Virus record (IMG/VR): IMGVR_UViG_3300028534_000021
Coordinates: 13,549 to 77,548 of that record
DNA from: a virus
DNA length: 64,000 nucleotides
Reading direction: 5' to 3' (one strand)
Shown: positions 18,830-24,781 of the stretch, one piece after another
Position numbering within the stretch: the stretch's first letter is position 1
How the letters are laid out: the number at the start of each line of letters is the position of its first letter
Notes under the pieces: generated by a model
What the model saw: the letters and a program-made list of their open reading frames with translations, nothing else
Database searches by the model: none
Told to the model about the DNA's origin: nothing
Translations under genes and position numbers: made by a program

Positions 18830-19231
18830 ATGTATTACTTAATTAACGATACTGGGACTACTATACAAGTCCCAGATTGGCAAAGAATATATTATAAAGA
18901 TTTAACTTTAATAGGTAAAAAAACTACTGATTGGAATGCACCAATCCAAGAGAACTTCTTAAAGATAGTTGATCGATTAACAAAAATAGAACAACTTTTA
19001 GCGGTACCAGAGGTTAATAAAACTTCTTATTTGGGCTTATTAAATCTTGATAATAGTCCAGAAATTATAGCATTTGTTGATACTCCTTCGGAAATTAATA
19101 AAACTTCTTATTTAGGTTTATTAAATCTTGATAATAGTCCAGAAATTATATCATTTGATGATATTCCTTTAGAAATTAACAAAACTTCTTATTTAGGTTT
19201 ATTAAATCTCTATATAGAGGAAGCCACTTAA
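18830..19231 (+). CDS. small virion-associated protein with 27-aa C-terminal repeats
   Basis: LTLIGK...W...QENF motif (paralogue of 32367); ExNKTSYLGLLNL three times at an 81-bp period. Confidence 0.65.
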   Translation: MYYLINDTGTTIQVPDWQRIYYKDLTLIGKKTTDWNAPIQENFLKIVDRLTKIEQLLAVPEVNKTSYLGLLNLDNSPEIIAFVDTPSEINKTSYLGLLNLDNSPEIISFDDIPLEINKTSYLGLLNLYIEEAT

Positions 19232-19294
19232 CTTATTATAGACCCTTAGATATAATAGATATAATATGTATTAAATTATATCAAAGGGTTTAAA

Positions 19295-19951
19295 ATGTCA
19301 AAAAAAATACAAACTATTACGATTACCGAAGCTCTAAGTACTCTAAAATTATTAGATAAAAAAATATCTAAAAAATTAAGATTACTTGGAAGATCATCAA
19401 ACTTCGTTATGGATTATAAAGTTGGTTCTGAAAAAGGACAATATACTTTATTAAACGAAGATGAATTAAAAAAACAAGCTGAAAGTACCTTAGATAGTAT
19501 TACTAATATTATAAAAAATAGACGTGCTCTTAAAGCTAAAATTGCTCTTAGCAATGCTGTTACTGAAGTAACGATTGCTGAACAAGTAATGACTATTGTA
19601 GAATGCATCGAATATAAAAATAGTATTCAACAAGATAAAGAATTATTAAGTTCATTGGAAAGAATTTATAGTTCGGTTCAAAATGGTTATCAAGAAGAAT
19701 TGGAAGATGCGAGAGAAAAAATTACAGAACTTCTTAATGCTAAACTTTCTTCTGATAGTAATAAAAATAGTAATTCCGAAGTACTAGCTAAAGAACTTCA
19801 ATGTATTTATAATCCTGCGCTAATGGATCCTATTAATTTAGGTAAGTACATAGAAAATCTTCGCGAAAGTATAGAACGTTTTGAAACGGATGTTGATGTA
19901 GTACTTAGTATATCTAATGCTCATACATTTATAGAATTACAGTCTCTATAA
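19295..19951 (+). CDS. two-repeat coiled-coil protein (recalled as DIP1984/DUF6847-like; unverified)
   Basis: Internal duplication: ITITEAL...IALSNAVTEVTI and MTIVECI...LSISNAHTFIEL, each enclosing a long helical segment. Confidence 0.65.
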   Translation: MSKKIQTITITEALSTLKLLDKKISKKLRLLGRSSNFVMDYKVGSEKGQYTLLNEDELKKQAESTLDSITNIIKNRRALKAKIALSNAVTEVTIAEQVMTIVECIEYKNSIQQDKELLSSLERIYSSVQNGYQEELEDAREKITELLNAKLSSDSNKNSNSEVLAKELQCIYNPALMDPINLGKYIENLRESIERFETDVDVVLSISNAHTFIELQSL

Positions 19952-19958
19952 ATAAACC

Positions 19959-20251
19959 GTCCTAAAATATCGAAAAAGATAAATATTAATTGGCCGGTGG
20001 TCCATAACCACCAACTTAAATTATTTTAAATTTTATTAAAATTTGGAGAAAATTACATTAATTTGATCGCTATAAGCACTGCGTTTAAAACGTAACAAAG
20101 CTTAACTAATAAAGAATAAAATTTAACCAATAAAATTTAATTAATAACTTTTAAGATTTAATAACTAAATAGTAAAAAATATTAAATCCTAGAGAAGTTT
20201 TGGAATATTGATATCCTTTCTTTTGTACTAGGCTGATATTTTAGGACACCA
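19959..20251 (+). ncRNA. putative ~290-nt structured ncRNA with heptamer array and ACCA 3' end
   Basis: GTCCTAAAATATC (19959-71) pairs perfectly with GATATTTTAGGAC (20235-47), then ACCA; internal GGTGGT/ACCACC and CCTAG/CTAGG helices; 12 x AANNNNT at 20097-20180. Confidence 0.7.
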
Positions 20252-20262
20252 TACATAAATAT

Positions 20263-20339
20263 GGGCATGTAACTCAGTTGGTTAGAGTCCTCCGCTCATA
20301 ACGGAGTGGTCATAAGTTCGAATCTTATCTTGCCCACCA
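20263..20339 (+). tRNA. tRNA with CAT anticodon (Ile2 or elongator Met)
   Basis: GGGCATG/CTTGCCC acceptor (one T-T), CTCCG-CTCATAA-CGGAG, ATAAG-TTCGAAT-CTTAT, ACCA. Confidence 0.9.
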
Positions 20340-20342
20340 AAC

Positions 20343-20425
20343 GGATCTTTGCCTGAGTGGTTAAAGGAGCGGGTTGCTAACTCGTCTAGGTAAAACTAGC
20401 GTCGGTTCGAATCCGACAGGATCCA
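20343..20425 (+). tRNA. tRNA-Ser(GCT)
   Basis: GGATCTT/AGGATCC acceptor, GCGGG-TTGCTAA-CTCGT, long variable arm CTAG-GTAAAA-CTAG, GTCGG-TTCGAAT-CCGAC; no encoded CCA. Confidence 0.85.
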
Positions 20426-20444
20426 AATTAAAGAAATAAATAAT

Positions 20445-20520
20445 GCCGTTTTAGCTCAGTTGTTAGAGCACTTCATTGGTAGTGAAGAGGTCATTGGTTA
20501 GATTCCAATAATCGGCACCA
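20445..20520 (+). tRNA. tRNA-Thr(GGT), atypical
   Basis: Cloverleaf with CTTCA-TTGGTAG-TGAAG and ACCA, but D-loop lacks GG and T-loop is TTAGATT. Confidence 0.75.
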
Positions 20521-20588
20521 AAATATCTATTTATAAAAGTATAGATATTCTTAATATAATCATAGGAGAAATTCTTTGATTTAAACAT

Positions 20589-20663
20589 TCCGGATTAGCT
20601 CAGCGGTAGAGTAGGTGACTGTTAATCACTTGGTCACTGGTTCGAATCCAGTATCCGGAGCCA
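20589..20663 (+). tRNA. tRNA-Asn(GTT)
   Basis: Canonical cloverleaf TCCGGAT/ATCCGGA, GGTGA-CTGTTAA-TCACT, ACTGG-TTCGAAT-CCAGT, GCCA. Confidence 0.95.
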
Positions 20664-20684
20664 CTTTTTACACTTTTTACACAT

Positions 20685-20760
20685 TGTCCTTTAGCTCAGT
20701 TGGTTAGAGTACATCCCTGATAACGGTGAAACGAAAGTTCAAGTTCTGGAAGGACAACCA
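20685..20760 (+). pseudogene. degenerate tRNA-Ile(GAT)
   Basis: Perfect acceptor TGTCCTT/AAGGACA + ACCA, intact D-arm and CTGATAA loop, but the T-stem (GAAAG/TCTGG) does not pair. Confidence 0.7.
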
Positions 20761-20952
20761 AATATGCCTAATTTTAGGCACCAACGAGAATAAGTCTTAT
20801 TTTTATGTAACTTCGGGAGACTTAAAAATCCGTAAGACCGCAGTTGGGCATCTGAGGAAAAAGCCAACGAAACTAAGAAGCCTACTATAACACGCCTTTA
20901 GAAATAAAGCACGAAGTTAGAGGAAATTAAAATTCTTAGGAGTAGGCATGTT
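20761..20952 (+). ncRNA. putative pseudoknotted RNA with group I intron-like topology
   Basis: Crossing helices TAACTTCG(20808)/CGAAGTTA(20912) and GCCTACT(20880)/AGTAGGC(20941); nested GTTGG/CCAAC and CTTTA/TAAAG hairpins; no ORF. Confidence 0.5.
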
Positions 20953-20958
20953 AATTAT

Positions 20959-21040
20959 GGAAATATCGTTTATGTTAGTAAGACCTTAAAGAATACTCTC
21001 TCACTTCTTTAAGAATTTGGTGCGGATCCAAATATTTCCT
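20959..21040 (+). ncRNA. tRNA-like element with an elongated anticodon arm
   Basis: GGAAATA/TATTTCC acceptor, GTTT/AGAC D-stem, 9-bp CTTAAAGAA/TTCTTTAAG stem with 11-nt loop, TTTGG-TGCGGAT-CCAAA T-arm. Confidence 0.55.
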
Positions 21041-21216
21041 CCTTTCTTTAAAAATTGTTATATTATCATCTTAGATGTTTTGTTCGTACGCTCATGTTAA
21101 ACACTCCGTTTATATAAGTTGAGTCACCTCCTTTAAATAAATAATAAACCTATATAACATTTTTAACCTTTGATTAAATTGCTTTAAGTTCGCGCGAAAA
21201 GCTCTCACAACTCTCT

Positions 21217-21276
21217 TGGGATACTATTTTAGTACTTTTACTCTGAAGTACTTTCTTAGTATCCCACCTCCTGTCG
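21217..21276 (+). terminator. long hairpin + TCCTGTCG element (copy 6), ending the RNA island
   Basis: TGGGATACTA...AGTACTT/AAGTACT...TAGTATCCCA then CCTCCTGTCG. Confidence 0.6.
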
Positions 21277-21321
21277 TTAAATTTACAAATTATATCAATT
21301 AAATTATTTATTTAAAACGTA

Positions 21322-21404
21322 ATAACTATCAATAGTTAACTATTGGTACCACCAGTTGATAGATAACTATACAACTATAGATACCACGTACTATCGATAG
21401 TTAT
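21322..21404. repeat. ATAGTTAACTAT palindrome array
   Basis: ATAACTAT-ca-ATAGTTAACTAT-15 nt-ATAGATAACTAT-ac-AACTAT-18 nt-ATAGTTAT. Confidence 0.75.
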
Positions 21405-21463
21405 TCAGCAATTATCTAACCAGCTATATAGATATTCTAATTAATCCTAAATAAGGAAAAATT

Positions 21464-22051
21464 TTGGAATTAAAAAAACATATTATAATTAACTTATTTG
21501 CTGGACCAGGTTCTGGGAAAAGTACCACGGCATCAAATATATTCAAATATTTTAAAAAGAATGGGTACAATTGTGAACTAGCTTCAGAAGTGGCAAAAGA
21601 TTTGACCTATTCTAAATCAAGGGCTATTAATAATCAATTTTTTGTAAGTGCTTCGCAGTATCAGGAAATATTTAAAGTACTTGATTACTGGGATAGTATT
21701 GGAAAAAAAGGAATTCTAATAATGGATAGTCCAATTATAATTGGATTAGCTTTTTATGAATTCTATACAGGTATTTTTGATAAATCTTTAAAAGATATAT
21801 TATTCTCTAAATTCTTACCAGAATTAAACAAAGATTTTATATTTAAAAATATAAATATATTTTTAAATAATTCTAATATAAATTATGATCCTGTTGGTAG
21901 AAATGAAACAGAATTAGAAGCGTCTAATATAAATTTTATGATTAAAAATTTACTTAAGAATAATAAAATACCTTATAAAAATATAGATAGTACTCATTCG
22001 AAAAGTATTAATAAATACTGTCTTAAAAAAGTAAAAAAGCTTTTAAAATGA
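21464..22051 (+). CDS. P-loop NTPase/kinase (AAA_28/NadR-kinase-like)
   Basis: INLFAGPGSGKST Walker A, EVAKDL, ILIMDSP Walker B, YDPVGRNE; TTG start after AAGGA. Confidence 0.8.
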   Translation: MELKKHIIINLFAGPGSGKSTTASNIFKYFKKNGYNCELASEVAKDLTYSKSRAINNQFFVSASQYQEIFKVLDYWDSIGKKGILIMDSPIIIGLAFYEFYTGIFDKSLKDILFSKFLPELNKDFIFKNINIFLNNSNINYDPVGRNETELEASNINFMIKNLLKNNKIPYKNIDSTHSKSINKYCLKKVKKLLK

Positions 22052-22314
22052 TGGAATTAATTTTAAATTATATTACGAGTAATATAATTACTCTTGGAGG
22101 ATTACTTTTAATACTTGGTGCTTTATTTATGTTCTTAGGAAAGATTTATTATAGTTCTTGGACTTACGTATTGGCGGATTTATGTTGGAGTACTAATTCA
22201 TACTTGCATGGGGATATATTGGGAATGGTTATGGTTAATACTGGATTAGTATTAGGTATTGGTGCTATGTATAAAATGCATATTGGAGTATTTACAAAAG
22301 ACCTTAAAAAGTAA
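22048..22314 (+). CDS. small three-helix membrane protein
   Basis: Three hydrophobic segments in 88 aa; ATGA overlap with the NTPase gene. Confidence 0.7.
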   Translation: MMELILNYITSNIITLGGLLLILGALFMFLGKIYYSSWTYVLADLCWSTNSYLHGDILGMVMVNTGLVLGIGAMYKMHIGVFTKDLKK

Positions 22315-22355
22315 AGATAACCAATCTATATGAATAAAAATTTTGGAGGATTGCT

Positions 22356-22685
22356 TTGAATCTTGAAATAAATAAAGAAGTTATATTAACAGAAGTATTC
22401 GACTTGGTTGGTAAAGCAGCTGGGAAAGTTACAGATGGTATTAAAAATACCGATTTAAATGGTATTAGAGATAAAATTTTATCGAATGGTGGTTTACTTA
22501 CTGGGGCTGCTCTTGGTGGAGGTTCTATGTTATATAGTATGCTTCACGATGGGGAAAATTTAGGTGCTAGTATTATTGGTGCTGGTGTTATAGGTACCGC
22601 AGGTGCCGGGGTTGGTCATGTAATACATAATCAATTTAAAAAGAAAGATAATACCCCAGATTTTGGAAATTATCCAAAATATTAA
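22356..22685 (+). CDS. glycine-zipper protein, putative internal head/ejection protein
   Basis: MNLEINKEVILTE N-terminus; GLLTGAALGGG and GAGVIGTAGAGVG. Confidence 0.6.
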   Translation: MNLEINKEVILTEVFDLVGKAAGKVTDGIKNTDLNGIRDKILSNGGLLTGAALGGGSMLYSMLHDGENLGASIIGAGVIGTAGAGVGHVIHNQFKKKDNTPDFGNYPKY

Positions 22686-22716
22686 AAATAAAAATTAAAT
22701 TAAAGGAAATCAAATA

Positions 22717-23649
22717 ATGGCAACTACAGAAGAAATAGTTCAACCAATGACTACAGAAGACGAAGTCCCACACTATTTAAAAGCTTTGGAATTAATAAAT
22801 AGTAATAATAATATTAATTCTCAAGAAACTGATTTAGTAATTTTAAAAGAAAAAGTAATTGTATCCCCTATTACGGGATATGAAGAACAAACTTTAAAAA
22901 CACAGAATGTAACTATCAATACATTTATTAAAAATTTTAATAAATTATTATATGATAAATGCGAATTCAGTAAAAAAAGTAAAATTAAATCATACGAGGA
23001 TTTTCTTAAATATTTAACTCCACAGGATAAAGCTTTATTAATATTTGCCTTAAGTGTAAGTACTTTTGAAAATCTTGGTACCATTGGGCATATATGTGAA
23101 CACTGTGAAGAAAAATTTCCAGTAGATATAAAAACGGAAGAATTATGGCAGGATGATTCTGCTCCAGCTCCTTGGGATTTAACCGGACCAAAAGAAAGTC
23201 CTTTTGATTATATTAATACACAAGAATTGTTGGGTGGTGGTTTAATATTTAATTTAAAATTACCTACTGAAGAAGATCGTATTAAATTAATGGATTTTTT
23301 AGAAGGAAAAATTGAGCAAAATATGGCGGAAAATAATGGTATTTTTAGCATTGTCGAAACTATTTCATTTTTAACTAAAAGTATTATTGTTAAAGGTAAA
23401 GCTAAAGATGGATCAGAAGATGAAATTATGGAAGACTTAGAAAGAGAAATTATTCCATTTTTACAAAATTTACCATTAAAAATTAAAGATATGATTCTTA
23501 ATGAAATCGATTTAACTATTTTTGATAAGTACATGCCAAATCTTTATCAAACTGCTAATTGTACAAGATGTCATAAAATTAATAAAATACCTGTGAATAT
23601 CGAAACATCATTTTTTCGTAAATCCCTTCTACTCCTCGCAGAGGTATGA
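22717..23649 (+). CDS. baseplate hub / tail assembly chaperone (T4 gp26-like)
   Basis: LTPQDKALLIFAL, two CxxC motifs (CEHC, CTRC), KLPT segment, ends ...SFFR. Confidence 0.7.
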   Translation: MATTEEIVQPMTTEDEVPHYLKALELINSNNNINSQETDLVILKEKVIVSPITGYEEQTLKTQNVTINTFIKNFNKLLYDKCEFSKKSKIKSYEDFLKYLTPQDKALLIFALSVSTFENLGTIGHICEHCEEKFPVDIKTEELWQDDSAPAPWDLTGPKESPFDYINTQELLGGGLIFNLKLPTEEDRIKLMDFLEGKIEQNMAENNGIFSIVETISFLTKSIIVKGKAKDGSEDEIMEDLEREIIPFLQNLPLKIKDMILNEIDLTIFDKYMPNLYQTANCTRCHKINKIPVNIETSFFRKSLLLLAEV

Positions 23650-23818
23650 TAGAAGGGTTACTTGGATCCAAAATTTAGAAAGTTTTATTGTATTTAAAAG
23701 TACGACTAATTTACCTTTTTCATATACAGAATTAATGAATTTGCCAGTCTTTATGATAGAGGAAATTTATAAATTATGTGAAAAAGAATTTGAAAGAAAA
23801 TCAAAACTTACTAAATAA
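23612..23818 (+). CDS. unannotated +1-frame extension of the chaperone (gp51-like / gpGT-like)
   Basis: +1 frame open 23597-23818 with no early start codon; encodes ...FSYTELMNLPVFMIEEIYKLCEKEFERKSKLTK. Confidence 0.65.
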   Translation, partial: FFVNPFYSSQRYDRRVTWIQNLESFIVFKSTTNLPFSYTELMNLPVFMIEEIYKLCEKEFERKSKLTK

Positions 23819-23857
23819 ATAATTACGGAAATAATTTTATTTCTATACACCTTTATT

Positions 23858-23891
23858 AAATTCCATCCATTTTGGATGGAATTTCCTGTCG
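23858..23891 (+). terminator. hairpin + CCTGTCG element (copy 7)
   Basis: AAATTCCATCCA-TTT-TGGATGGAATTT then CCTGTCG. Confidence 0.6.
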
Positions 23892-23960
23892 TTAAATTTT
23901 TAAACTGATTTAAAATAAGTTAACAAAAGTAAATAAAGCAAATATCAAAAAGGAGGGCAA

Positions 23961-24779
23961 ATGACTAATCCATATTTAACTATAGATAAAAAATATTTTA
24001 AAACGTCTTTTGAAGGACAATTTATTATAACATTAGAAGATTTAGTAAATATGCCAGAACTAAAAAATTACGTTAATGTTTCGTATTTAATAGATTCTAA
24101 AATAAATTTTGACGAATTTTCTATAGATGAAAAAATAACAATAGGTAAAATTTTTTTTAACTATTATCATTATATAAAATGGATTGGAGATAAACAATAT
24201 TTGGATTTTAATTTAATTTTTGATAAATTCGAAACCTCCGAAAATCTAATATACGAAATAGCAAAATTAAATCCAAATTATTATTATAAGAGTGATCCAG
24301 AAACTAAATTATATCTAATGGATTACGTATCAAATACTTTTTTATTATTATTAATTACTCTTTATTTTTATTCCAGATATAGTATTACAGAGGAATCCCA
24401 AAAATATATTCAATATTCGGAAACATTAACTGATATTGATTATAATTTATATCAATATAATAAATTAGATCAAGATTTAAATTTTGTATTAAAAATATTT
24501 GGAAATTGGATTAGAACAAGTGCCAATACCATACCATTTGCTCCAGGTTATGGAAATTTTTTAAAAGAACTCGTTCAGGAAAAAAATATAATAGTAAAAC
24601 TTAATCAGGTACGTGCCAACGTTATTAATTTTTTCGAAGAATTTTCACAAACATATCCAGATTTAGTACAACTGAATGATGTTAGTGTAAATATTATAAG
24701 TCAATATGGTATTGAAATAAATATTTCATTAACTATTAATGAAGCACAGAATACATTTAATGTTTTGGTAGAGGAGTAA
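23961..24779 (+). CDS. baseplate protein with a C-terminal gp25-like domain
   Basis: TIPFAPGYGNFLKELVQE matches the gp25 P..P.YG..L pattern. Confidence 0.6.
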   Translation: MTNPYLTIDKKYFKTSFEGQFIITLEDLVNMPELKNYVNVSYLIDSKINFDEFSIDEKITIGKIFFNYYHYIKWIGDKQYLDFNLIFDKFETSENLIYEIAKLNPNYYYKSDPETKLYLMDYVSNTFLLLLITLYFYSRYSITEESQKYIQYSETLTDIDYNLYQYNKLDQDLNFVLKIFGNWIRTSANTIPFAPGYGNFLKELVQEKNIIVKLNQVRANVINFFEEFSQTYPDLVQLNDVSVNIISQYGIEINISLTINEAQNTFNVLVEE

Positions 24780-24781
24780 TT

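Noticed and set aside
19959..20251. The ACCA-ended RNA as tmRNA
   Set aside because: No T-arm before the 3' stem, no G-U alanine identity pair at position 3, and the interior is full of stop codons with no tag-like reading frame.
20852..20873. CTGAGGA...GAAAC as a hammerhead ribozyme core
   Set aside because: The intervening bases cannot form stem II, and no stem I/III with a cleavage triplet was found.
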